A stretch of DNA of 20,000 bases. Source: an uncultured virus (IMG/VR IMGVR_UViG_2778261440_000004). Taxonomy: Duplodnaviria > Heunggongvirae > Uroviricota > Caudoviricetes. Every line of letters begins with the position of its first letter. Positions within the stretch are counted from its first letter, which is position 1. The stretch is taken from positions 51,237 to 71,236 of IMG/VR virus record IMGVR_UViG_2778261440_000004, one strand, 5' to 3'. Position numbers and translations under genes: made by a program. Of the stretch, positions 1 to 8,655 are shown in pieces. The notes under the pieces are model-generated. The model worked only from the letters and a program-made list of their open reading frames with translations. It was not told the DNA's origin and searched no databases.

Positions 1-2
1 GT

Positions 3-1394
3 AGTGTGAATTCTGCTGAGTTTACAATTACAGCTCCTTCTGGTACCGGTTCATCAGGTAACACTTACGATGCATCAATAGTAGTTACGGGTACATTAAC
101 AGCAACAGTAGTGCAAGATTTCACAGGAGGAATTGATGAAGAGTCTATTGAATTTGAAGCAGTTGTTCCATCTGAGGGTTATAATGGGACTACAATTGTT
201 GTCAGTGATGCTAAAAGTGGTGATTCATCAAAATGTGATTTGAAAATCTCTTTGTATGAAAGCCCTATTTCTCAAGAAATTTTGAGTGTGAATAGAACGC
301 TTACAGCTCAAAATGTAACTGACCTTAACAATAAGTTGAATCAATTAAAAATCACTACTGCTCAAGGTGGACCATTAACAAATGGAACATATTCTATGTC
401 AGGTGGATCTAGAACTATTAGTAATGTAACTGATGTTGACTGGAAAGGATCTGATATTACAAAAACAGGGTGGCATGCATTTGATGATGTTGAAGATTCA
501 ATGAGAATTGTTCTTTTCCTAGATAATAATGCGAATAGAGAAGCAGATTTAGGAATCTACCTCACTAATAGAGGAGATATGGTAGCACATGTACCGGTTC
601 CGTTAAATCTTAGCATTTCAGAAATAAATGATTATCGCGATGGTACTGGAGCTTATGCGCATTCTCCTTTGAACAATGAGTTTGTTAGGATGGTGGTGTC
701 TGATATGGATATTTCTGATGATGAAGACACCGATATCAGACGAATAATGTATGGTACTGCTGACATTGCTGCAATTCAATCCAAAAAGGATAATGACTTT
801 GGAGAATGGTTTTCTGGCGCAGGTTATTCTAGAGGTTTAATTCCAAACAAAAATAATGGGGTTAGAATTAATCTAGCAGGTAAAGGTAATAAGACACAGT
901 TTGATCAAATATATGAGAAAGGAGTTAATGCTATTGTTGTGAATAGCAAACAAACTATGTATTGGGGCAACAGAACTACACTATTAGATAAAACATCTCT
1001 TCTTTCAAAAGAGAATGTTGTTGACTTATGTGTATTTATTGTAAGGGTAATTGAAAGTATTGCTAAGAAGATGGCTTTTGAACCAAATGACCCTATTATG
1101 TGGAATCAATTATACAGAGAAGTAAGGCCATTCATTACAGATACATTATGTGCCAATAGAGCGATTCATTCTAATGACTCTCAATCTAAAGGTGAAAATG
1201 AACTTTGGTTTTGGGAAGGAGATCAATTTGCAAAAGACGTAAATGATATTTCTTACAATGTTAAGTCAGAAATTAATGCAGGTAAATACAGAGCTAGATT
1301 TGTATTTATTCCAATTGTAGCTACAGAGTATATAGGGATAGAAGTCTCTCCTACTGATTCTGGAACTATGGCAACAATTATTCAAAATCCATAA
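3..1394 (+). CDS. Contractile tail sheath protein (5'-partial; gene probably begins upstream of the window)
   Basis: Frame is open from base 3 (ORF track starts at GTG 6). The C-terminal part has sheath hallmarks: WFSGAGYSRG, GVNAIV, YWGNRT, AFEPNDPIMWNQL, FIPIVATEYI. It lies directly upstream of a tube gene. Confidence 0.93.
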   Translation, partial: SVNSAEFTITAPSGTGSSGNTYDASIVVTGTLTATVVQDFTGGIDEESIEFEAVVPSEGYNGTTIVVSDAKSGDSSKCDLKISLYESPISQEILSVNRTLTAQNVTDLNNKLNQLKITTAQGGPLTNGTYSMSGGSRTISNVTDVDWKGSDITKTGWHAFDDVEDSMRIVLFLDNNANREADLGIYLTNRGDMVAHVPVPLNLSISEINDYRDGTGAYAHSPLNNEFVRMVVSDMDISDDEDTDIRRIMYGTADIAAIQSKKDNDFGEWFSGAGYSRGLIPNKNNGVRINLAGKGNKTQFDQIYEKGVNAIVVNSKQTMYWGNRTTLLDKTSLLSKENVVDLCVFIVRVIESIAKKMAFEPNDPIMWNQLYREVRPFITDTLCANRAIHSNDSQSKGENELWFWEGDQFAKDVNDISYNVKSEINAGKYRARFVFIPIVATEYIGIEVSPTDSGTMATIIQNP

Positions 1395-1408
1395 ATTTTT
1401 AGTTAGTC

Positions 1409-1846
1409 ATGAGTGTTTTAACAAATTATAGATTCGGAATTGAAATTGCTGGTGTAATTCAAGCATATTGTCAAACAGTTCAACCGCCAGTTGTTGAACA
1501 TAAAGAATTGCAATATGGAACTCCTGGAAATAGTACTAATACGAAAGTGCCTGGTGGTAAAACTGTTGGCGATCTTGTATTGACATCAGTAGTGCCAGAA
1601 ACTGGGAGTGATCCACTTATCTGGACAATGTTTGAAGCTGGTATAGCAGGTTTAAGACCGGTGTATATTTCTAGTGGGTTTTTGATTCAATACAATTCAC
1701 AAATGATTGAAACGGAGAGATATTTATGTGAAGACATATGGATTAAAAAGCTTGAGACAAGTGAGTTTAATTCAAATAAAGAGAATTCAGAAAAGACAAT
1801 CAGGACTATGACATGGTCTGTAGGTGATTATTACCGAGTTGTTTAA
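1409..1846 (+). CDS. Tail tube protein, T4 gp19 / eCIS tube-like
   Basis: 145 aa. YRFGIEIAG...KVPGGKTVGDLVL...WIKKLE pattern matches gp19-type tubes. Position immediately after the sheath. Confidence 0.9.
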   Translation: MSVLTNYRFGIEIAGVIQAYCQTVQPPVVEHKELQYGTPGNSTNTKVPGGKTVGDLVLTSVVPETGSDPLIWTMFEAGIAGLRPVYISSGFLIQYNSQMIETERYLCEDIWIKKLETSEFNSNKENSEKTIRTMTWSVGDYYRVV

Positions 1847-1882
1847 AATTTTTCTTGATAGCTTAGGTCGAATTAGTAGTGT

Positions 1883-1916
1883 GAGAGGCCCTGTCCGTAA
1901 ATGGATGTGGCTTTTC
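1883..1916 (+). terminator. Putative intrinsic terminator/attenuator hairpin after the tube gene
   Basis: GAGAGGCC (1883-1890) pairs with GGCTTTTC (1909-1916), and TGTCCG pairs with TGGATG around a TAAA loop, using several G-U pairs. Ends in a short T tract. A GC-rich island in an AT-rich 107-bp spacer. Confidence 0.55.
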
Positions 1917-1953
1917 TGTAATTTATAGTTAATCACACTTAAAAATAATAAAC

Positions 1954-2877
1954 ATGAGCAACTTTAATGCATTCAAGAAATTAGCAAGAACAGCGTCATT
2001 TATACTTCCAAGTGGTATTGAAGCTGAGATAAAAGAGCCGATGGGCTCACACCAATCTTTGATTACAAAGTCAGATTCTAATAAGAAGAAAAAGGGTATT
2101 ATGAAAATGCTTCAAGATTCTATTGTTAGGATTGGGGACAAAACGCACATTGACAATGTATTCTTTAAGAAGCTTTTATCAGAAGATGTAAACTTCTTGT
2201 TATTTAGGTTAGGATTACTTTCAAATCCTGATAAAGTTGAAGAAGGCGAAGTAGAGACACTTCGTTTCAATTACGAATTCCCTGTAAAGGGCGGACGTAA
2301 AGTTGTAGAACAAGTTGAAATTGAAATTGACGATGAGAATTTTCCAATTCAACCTTACTCATGGGTTAAGCCATTGATGATAGCTCAATGGAAAGAGGAT
2401 AATGAAGTTGATGAATCAATTAAGTTATCTGAAGATCAAGAACTAGAAGTCTTTAAAAATGGGTTTATTCCAGTGTATGATTCCTATGAAGAAATGCTAG
2501 AAGATCAATATGAGAGGGTATATACTATCTCTGGTGATGATATTGAAAACATTGATGTTGACTGGAAATTGTTAAACATGAAGACTCAAGAAGAAAACGG
2601 AAGATTATTGGAGTCAGATGATGTAAACATTAACACCATTTTGAAAATGAGGAAGCCAACTTATTTAATGGAAACAGAAGGTGGACCAACAAGAACATCA
2701 TTGCCGATAGATTCAATTCCAAGTCATATTGTAGAAGGTCTTCGGAAAGATATTCTTAAAACAGAAGCAAATATCAATACAACTTTTGTTGTAGGTAGTA
2801 AATCAGATCCTTCACTTCAACAACAGTTGAATCTGATTAGTACACCGGCTTTTTTCTTCCGCAGTTTGGGGATATAG
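1954..2877 (+). CDS. Tail assembly chaperone, T4 gp26-like (short, non-frameshifted form)
   Basis: 307 aa, acidic, between tube and tape measure. FILPSG, LLSEDVNFLLFRL and the C-terminal AFFF pattern resemble gp26-type hub/tail chaperones. Confidence 0.75.
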   Translation: MSNFNAFKKLARTASFILPSGIEAEIKEPMGSHQSLITKSDSNKKKKGIMKMLQDSIVRIGDKTHIDNVFFKKLLSEDVNFLLFRLGLLSNPDKVEEGEVETLRFNYEFPVKGGRKVVEQVEIEIDDENFPIQPYSWVKPLMIAQWKEDNEVDESIKLSEDQELEVFKNGFIPVYDSYEEMLEDQYERVYTISGDDIENIDVDWKLLNMKTQEENGRLLESDDVNINTILKMRKPTYLMETEGGPTRTSLPIDSIPSHIVEGLRKDILKTEANINTTFVVGSKSDPSLQQQLNLISTPAFFFRSLGI

Positions 2878-3032
2878 AAGATGTCTTTTTCAATTTGAAT
2901 TACTCCGGATTAGGTATTTCACTAGACGAAGTTTTGGAGCTTCCATATTCTGTTATTCTGCATCACATTAACAGAATGACAGAGCAAAAAGAGAGGGAGA
3001 ACAATGAGATGAGAAAGAATACAGGAAGATAG
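1954..3032 (+). CDS. Frameshift-extended tail assembly chaperone (G-T type fusion, ~359 aa): join(1954..2856, 2856..3032)
   Basis: In-frame slippery heptamer T TTT TTC at 2850-2856. The -1 frame reads LPQFGDIEDVFFNLNYSGLGISLDEVLELPYSVILHHINRMTEQKERENNEMRKNTGR* and ends at TAG 3030-3032, immediately before the tape-measure ATG at 3033. Confidence 0.85.
2850..2856 (+). promoter_or_regulatory. Programmed -1 ribosomal frameshift slippery site (TTTTTTC)
   Basis: X XXY YYZ heptamer in the correct phase (GCT TTT TTC), ending six sense codons before the chaperone stop; canonical position upstream of a tape measure gene. Confidence 0.85.
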
Positions 3033-5555
3033 ATGGTTTTTGGAGGTGGAAATATAGGGGGGTCAACCTTAATTGGTGCTGGAATTGTATTCACATTGAA
3101 AGACATGTTTTCCCGGACTGCGGATAATATAATGCGCAAATTCGGAAATCTAGAAGGTGTAACTGATAGAATGGTTACACGAGTGGAACGAAATGCAAAA
3201 CGTCTTAAAGCAGGATTAACTGCTATGGCTTTAGGAGGGGCATTGTTAATGCCCTTTAGCAAAGCCACTCAGACATCTATGGAATTTAATTCTGTAATGT
3301 CTGAAGTAATTTCCAAAACACATGAAGGTGCCAAATATGCTGATCAACTTAAGAATAAGGCAATAGAGTTAGGTAAGGCTACTAAGTTTTCAGCAATGGA
3401 AGCTGGACAAGGTATGACCTATCTAGCAATGGCAGGTTTTGATGCAGAAGAACAGATGCAAGCTATGCCAGGTTTATTGAGTTTAGCAGCTGCAGGAAAT
3501 ACTGATCTAGCCTTATCTGCTGACATTGTATCAGACACTTTAACTGCAATGGGGTTGAAGGCAAAAGATACAGGGGATATTGCAGATATCATGGCTTTAG
3601 GAGCCAATAGAGCAAACACATCCATTTCATTAATGGGTGAAACATTTAAATACGCTACTGCTACAGCAAATCAACTTGGAGTTAGTATGTCTGAACTAAC
3701 TGCAATGACAGGCATGTTAGGTGACATTGGTTTAAAGGGTTCTATGGCTGGAACCGCAATTAATCAAATGTTATTGGGCTTAACTCAAATAGGTGGTTCA
3801 GAAAAGGCACAAAAAGCTCTTGGTAAATTAGGGTTAACAATGTCTGATTTAACCGATTCTAATGGTAATTTAAAGCGTGTAACAGATATCATTCCACTAC
3901 TTGCAAATAGACTAAAAGGTATAGAGGGCAATGTCACTCAAACTAATATCATGCAAGATATTTTTGGTATTAGAGGAGCTAAAGGCTTTGCAGCGTTTAC
4001 AAAAGAAGGGGCTAAAGATTTCAACGCATTTGTAGAAGAATTGAGAAATAGCTCTGGTTCAGCAAATCGTATTGCAGAAGAGATGCTTGATAATTTAGCT
4101 GGAGATGTTACAATATTCAAATCTACTTTAGAATCTACAATGATTACTATAGGTAGTAAACTTGAACCTATACTACGGCCAGTTGTGAAAATGTTTACAG
4201 GTCTGGTTGATTTAGTTGGTAGATTCATTGAAACTCCAATTGGCAGATTTGTAATGTACCTAGTTGTTGCATTTGGAGCTTTGTTATTAGTTGGCGGAGC
4301 TTTGATTTCAGTAGTTGCAGTGTTGGGGATGTTATCTGCTCAAGCTGCTATCGGTTTTGGTGCAATGGGAATGGCTGAAGTTTCAGCAGCTTTTGCGACC
4401 GGAGGTTTAACGGCTGGAATGTCTGCGCTTGGTGTTGCAATTTGGACAGCATTAGCTCCATTGTTGCCTTTTATTGCAGCTATAGTAGGTGTGATAGCTG
4501 TTGTGGGAGGTGCTGTTGTTGCAGCCAAGAAAGCAAATAATGAATTCCAGAAAGTACTTGAAGATAATACCAAAGCTGAAAAAGGATTTAAAGGATTTGT
4601 TCAACGTGTTGGAGGAGTATTTGAGGGTATAAAACATATTTGGAGAAGTGCAACAGAAGAAGGATTTACATTAAGTGACAAAATGCATAGTGCATTAGAA
4701 AGTCTTGGTATACTTGATTTTGTTGTAAACCTTGGAACATGGATTGTAAGGATAAAGAACTTTTTCAGAGGAATCAAAGAGACATTCACAGATGCTTGGG
4801 ATATGGTGAAAATGTTTGCTAAACAAGCATGGTCTTATTTAAAACCTTTGATAAATAATGTGTTTGACAAGCTTGGATTCTCATTAGATAAAGCAACTTC
4901 CAAAATGGAATATTGGAAGAAAGCAGGTAAAGCAGTTGGTGTTGCCTTGTTGATTTTCTTAGCTCCTGTGTTTTTGACATTGCTATCTATAGCTATTACA
5001 TTAACAATTACAATAGGATCTGTTGTTTTAGCGATGTATCTAATATACAAAGCAGCAATGTTTGTTTGGTCTGGGTTTAAATTTATGTTTAAAAACATCG
5101 CTATTGGGTTTCAGCTCGTTTGGGACATTATTAAATCTTTTTATCAATTCTTCGTTGATATTTGGAACGGTGAAGGAGTTAAAGAAGCAGGCAGTAACCT
5201 TGTAAATAATCTATTGAATGGAATCAAAGGAGCTTGGGGTAAGCTTAAATCAAATTTGATACAATTGGTTTCAGAACTTCCTTTTGGTGATAAAATACTC
5301 GGTTCATTAGGTGTTGAAACTGATAATGAGTTGTCTAATGTTACCAAAACAACAGATCCTGAAGGTGGTCCAATTGAAAAATTGAAGAATGCTACTACAG
5401 AGAACAATAATTTAAGATCGGAAAAAACTCAACCGCAATTTATTGACCGTACGATAACTAAAGAAAGGTTAGTTAATCAAACTATCTTACTTGATGGAGA
5501 TCGTATCGCTAAAAAAGTAACAGAGAAGATTCAAGAAGAAGTAACTAGAGGATAA
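3033..5555 (+). CDS. Tail tape measure protein, TP901-family core
   Basis: 840 aa, Ala/Gly-rich and helical. TKFSAMEAGQGMTYLAMAG, MPGLLSLAAAG, LMGETFKY, GLKGSMAGTA and MLDNLAGD are typical TP901 core motifs. Two long hydrophobic segments. Confidence 0.96.
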   Translation: MVFGGGNIGGSTLIGAGIVFTLKDMFSRTADNIMRKFGNLEGVTDRMVTRVERNAKRLKAGLTAMALGGALLMPFSKATQTSMEFNSVMSEVISKTHEGAKYADQLKNKAIELGKATKFSAMEAGQGMTYLAMAGFDAEEQMQAMPGLLSLAAAGNTDLALSADIVSDTLTAMGLKAKDTGDIADIMALGANRANTSISLMGETFKYATATANQLGVSMSELTAMTGMLGDIGLKGSMAGTAINQMLLGLTQIGGSEKAQKALGKLGLTMSDLTDSNGNLKRVTDIIPLLANRLKGIEGNVTQTNIMQDIFGIRGAKGFAAFTKEGAKDFNAFVEELRNSSGSANRIAEEMLDNLAGDVTIFKSTLESTMITIGSKLEPILRPVVKMFTGLVDLVGRFIETPIGRFVMYLVVAFGALLLVGGALISVVAVLGMLSAQAAIGFGAMGMAEVSAAFATGGLTAGMSALGVAIWTALAPLLPFIAAIVGVIAVVGGAVVAAKKANNEFQKVLEDNTKAEKGFKGFVQRVGGVFEGIKHIWRSATEEGFTLSDKMHSALESLGILDFVVNLGTWIVRIKNFFRGIKETFTDAWDMVKMFAKQAWSYLKPLINNVFDKLGFSLDKATSKMEYWKKAGKAVGVALLIFLAPVFLTLLSIAITLTITIGSVVLAMYLIYKAAMFVWSGFKFMFKNIAIGFQLVWDIIKSFYQFFVDIWNGEGVKEAGSNLVNNLLNGIKGAWGKLKSNLIQLVSELPFGDKILGSLGVETDNELSNVTKTTDPEGGPIEKLKNATTENNNLRSEKTQPQFIDRTITKERLVNQTILLDGDRIAKKVTEKIQEEVTRG

Positions 5556-6028
5556 TGGGGTTTAACACTACAAATAATGAACTGATATTAGTTGAATTAA
5601 CGGAACCATTCGAAAGATTGTTCATTCAATTTGTACCCCATAAGATTGAACCTCATCGAACTGCAAATTATGCATCTATTGCTCCTGTAGGGAGAAACAA
5701 TGCTCTTATGCATTATACAGGAGGGGCTGATACCTTACCATTATCGCTTGACTTTTATTCTGATGATGAAAAGCGACAAGATGTAATCAAGAGTGTCAAA
5801 TGGCTACAGTCTTTAGCTATGAATAATGGCTACTTGAGTCCAGCACCTAAGGTTAAATTAATCATGGGTGATTTATTTGAATATGAAGTTTGGAGAGTAA
5901 CTTCAGTTAAAGCATCAATGGAAGCTTTTGATCAAGGTAATGGATGGCTTCCAATGAGAGCATCGGTACAACTACAGTTACAATTAGTAACAGATTTCAA
6001 TTTAGAATTTGAAGATGTTAGAAGATGA
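5555..6028 (+). CDS. Tail tube initiator / baseplate tube-like protein (P2 gpU / Pvc7 N-terminal-like)
   Basis: 157 aa. QFVPHKI...YTGGADTLPLSLDF...PAPKVKLIMG...PMRASVQLQL pattern. Follows the tape measure with a TAATG overlap. Confidence 0.78.
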   Translation: MGFNTTNNELILVELTEPFERLFIQFVPHKIEPHRTANYASIAPVGRNNALMHYTGGADTLPLSLDFYSDDEKRQDVIKSVKWLQSLAMNNGYLSPAPKVKLIMGDLFEYEVWRVTSVKASMEAFDQGNGWLPMRASVQLQLQLVTDFNLEFEDVRR

Positions 6029-6339
6029 GTGTAAAGGTCAGACAACATGAGCTATATTATGACGCTGAATTGATTCAGTTACCAGATGGTGAATTTATTC
6101 TGGAACGAGTGCCAATTGAATATGAAAATAGTATTAATGATCGTTACCACTCTGTTAAAATAGAAGATTCACTTGATCATATATCATGGAGTTATTACAA
6201 AGAACTTGTCGATAAATCAGAATATTATTGGTGGGTTATTGCTGAAGTTAATGACATTGAAAATCCTTTTGATTTGACTGACTACATAGGTCAGAAAATA
6301 TTAATTCCAGACATTCTAAAAATCATCATACAACGTTAA
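6025..6339 (+). CDS. LysM-like baseplate protein (P2 gpX / T4 gp53-like)
   Basis: 104 aa. HSVKIEDSLDHISWSYY...WWVIAEVNDIENPFDL...GQKILIP is a LysM-type signature. Confidence 0.85.
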   Translation: MSVKVRQHELYYDAELIQLPDGEFILERVPIEYENSINDRYHSVKIEDSLDHISWSYYKELVDKSEYYWWVIAEVNDIENPFDLTDYIGQKILIPDILKIIIQR

Positions 6340-7514
6340 TGGCATCTCCTTTTTACAGAATAGAAACAGAATCAGGTATTGATATTACTGACTTAGTAGA
6401 TAGTATAGATTTTGATGATTCGTCAGAGAAGGATAACATGATGAGTATTCCTTTAAAGGGAATTTCAAAGGATGAATTCAGTAAAGAAGATTATCAAAAA
6501 GGAAAAGAGATCACCTTCTATTTTGGTTATTTATCTGGAAAACGATCAAGAACAAGAAGAGTAGTTATAGATTCAAGGTCATTTTCATACGTAGGTGAAA
6601 ATTCAGTCACTTTAAAATGCAGAGATCATGGATCGCTCTTGAAGAAAAATACTTCTTCTAAAGTATTTAAGGAAAAGACAATTAGTCAAATTGTTAAGTT
6701 AATTGCAGATGATTATGGGTTTGATTCTGAGATTGATGAAACACAAAAGGTTTATGATAGTCTAAGTGTAGGTAACAAAGATTACTACAGCTTTTTGTGT
6801 GATTTAGCTCTTAAGGCCTCAACTGATACAAAAGCAATTCAATTCAAGCTTGTTGACAATAAAATATTCTTTACGTCTAGAGATATCAGTAAAGAACCAA
6901 TCAAAACATTTACATACCAGAGTGACGGGTTTGTATCATTTAAAATTGACGAAAAATCAGATGATGATTCATCAGGAGTGTCGGTAACCTCTTCAAATAT
7001 TGATGATTCAACTGGTGAAACTATTTCTTCATCAAGTGAAGACTCCGGAAATGAGGTTTCAACAGGTAAATACAAAATGTCTTATGATGTGGATGGAAAA
7101 GGAAAAAAGATAGTTGATAAGGCAGTTGAAGTTGGAAAAAAAATCATTGTATCAGGAAATGATAAATCTGAATTGAAATCAGCAGTATCAAAAACAAATA
7201 AAGATGCAGAACTAGATTCAGAAAATGGAACTATGGAAGTTCCTGGTGATCCATATTTAGAACCAGATGAGATTATCACATTATCAAACTTATCAGATAT
7301 ACATTCCGGAAACTGGAGAATCAAATCTGTTAGGCATACAATACAAGGAGGTGGTTATTTGAGCGTGATTACAGTATCTCGAAATGGTAGCAAAGTAGAA
7401 AGTGGTAATAGTAGAGTAAACACTACGGTTAATGATAATATTGGTCCAGATGATACCGATCAATCTAAAGAATTAAAAACACATGTATACAATGTGAATG
7501 GAGTGGAACAATAA
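6339..7514 (+). CDS. Baseplate hub protein (P2 gpD / T4 gp27-like)
   Basis: 391 aa. KTISQIVKLIADDYG, YYSFLCDLA, VPGDPYLEPDEII, GNWRIKSVRHTIQGGGY. Position between LysM protein and spike. Confidence 0.88.
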   Translation: MASPFYRIETESGIDITDLVDSIDFDDSSEKDNMMSIPLKGISKDEFSKEDYQKGKEITFYFGYLSGKRSRTRRVVIDSRSFSYVGENSVTLKCRDHGSLLKKNTSSKVFKEKTISQIVKLIADDYGFDSEIDETQKVYDSLSVGNKDYYSFLCDLALKASTDTKAIQFKLVDNKIFFTSRDISKEPIKTFTYQSDGFVSFKIDEKSDDDSSGVSVTSSNIDDSTGETISSSSEDSGNEVSTGKYKMSYDVDGKGKKIVDKAVEVGKKIIVSGNDKSELKSAVSKTNKDAELDSENGTMEVPGDPYLEPDEIITLSNLSDIHSGNWRIKSVRHTIQGGGYLSVITVSRNGSKVESGNSRVNTTVNDNIGPDDTDQSKELKTHVYNVNGVEQ

Positions 7515-8230
7515 TGAATTTTATCAAATTTTTCAATGAATTCACAAGACGAGGACTCGAATATTTTGGGTTATACTACTCGAAGTATAGGGGGGTTGTT
7601 ACATCTGTAGATGATCCAGAATCAAGAGGTAGACTTAAGGTAAATTGTCCATCAGTATTTGGAGATTCAGAAAGTGATTGGTGTTTACCGTGTGGAATGT
7701 TTTCAGGAAATAACATAGGCGCATGGGCTTTACCACAAAAGGGTGACATGGTATGGATAGAATTTGAAGCAGGAAATGTAAATCATGCTATTTGGTCATA
7801 TGGATGGCATACTAAAACATCTACACCTCAAGAATCATTAAAAACTAATTATCACATTAAAACATCTGGTGGTCATTCAATTCTAGTTAATGATGTAGAT
7901 GGTATAATTCAAATAAAAATTGAGGGAGGTAAAACTTTTACTATAGACGAAAAAACCATAGTTCACGGTAACGGCAATGAGCCGGCTGTTCTTGGAAATA
8001 AAAATGAAGATGCTTTGAACTTACTTAGTACACAAGTATCTCAAATATATACGTCAATTATGACTTTTTGTGCAGCTCAATCAGCTGCTTCATCATCAGG
8101 TGTACTAAATCCTCTCAATGCTGGTTACACAAGTTTGAATACTTCATTAACTACTTATAGTAATGCTTTCACAACAGAAAAAGACACCACCATTTCAGCA
8201 ACCAAAAGCGAGATTGTAAAGCTTGATTAA
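7514..8230 (+). CDS. Baseplate central spike (gpV / gp5 OB-fold)
   Basis: YSKYRGVVTSVDDPESRGRLKV and LPQKGDMVWIEFEAGN are OB-fold spike motifs, followed by IKTSGGHSILVND beta repeats. Confidence 0.92.
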   Translation: MNFIKFFNEFTRRGLEYFGLYYSKYRGVVTSVDDPESRGRLKVNCPSVFGDSESDWCLPCGMFSGNNIGAWALPQKGDMVWIEFEAGNVNHAIWSYGWHTKTSTPQESLKTNYHIKTSGGHSILVNDVDGIIQIKIEGGKTFTIDEKTIVHGNGNEPAVLGNKNEDALNLLSTQVSQIYTSIMTFCAAQSAASSSGVLNPLNAGYTSLNTSLTTYSNAFTTEKDTTISATKSEIVKLD

Positions 8231-8237
8231 ACCCTTT

Positions 8238-8263
8238 AATTTATTGGTAATAACCAGTAAATT
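8238..8263 (+). promoter_or_regulatory. Stem-loop immediately upstream of the gp25 start codon
   Basis: AATTTATTGGT (8238-8248) / ACCAGTAAATT (8253-8263): 11 bp with one U-G pair, loop AATA; ends 2 nt before ATG 8266. Confidence 0.55.
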
Positions 8264-8265
8264 TT

Positions 8266-8655
8266 ATGAAGGGAATTGATTATTTCTTTGGAGTCAGTTA
8301 TCTATATCCGAGAGAATTTAATGAAGACGGAAGTATTGCGTTAGCTGGTGGACTGGAGTCTGTAAATCAAAGTATATACAGTAGGTTAATAACTCCAAAA
8401 GGTTCAAGGTTTATGAGTAGGGAGTATGGAAGTTATCTTCATTTACTTGCCTTTGAACCAAATGATGCTGTGTTACATGGATTGTTGAAATATTTCATTC
8501 CAGAAGCATTGTCAGGTGAGAAAAGAATCAGGTTCAGATCAGTTGACATTGTTAATTCTTCTGAAAATCAAGTTGATTGTTATGTGAATTATACACTGAG
8601 ATCAACTCAAGAACAAGGAACACTAATTTATCCATTTTATAAAGGAGATCAATGA
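8266..8655 (+). CDS. Baseplate wedge / sheath initiator, gp25 / gpW family
   Basis: 129 aa. SVNQSIYSRLITPKGSRFMSREYGSYLHLLAFEPND, EKRI and LIYPFY are gp25 family motifs. Confidence 0.94.
   Translation: MKGIDYFFGVSYLYPREFNEDGSIALAGGLESVNQSIYSRLITPKGSRFMSREYGSYLHLLAFEPNDAVLHGLLKYFIPEALSGEKRIRFRSVDIVNSSENQVDCYVNYTLRSTQEQGTLIYPFYKGDQ

Noticed and set aside
1395..1430. Possible hairpin enclosing the tube start codon
   Set aside because: Only short A-U/G-U pairings with a bulge; not distinguishable from chance in AT-rich sequence.
2963..5407. Series of minus-strand ORFs (61-101 aa) opposite the tape measure gene
   Set aside because: Antisense shadows of a strongly supported gene, with no recognisable motifs. 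The 2963-3268 ORF also overlaps the better-supported frameshift extension.
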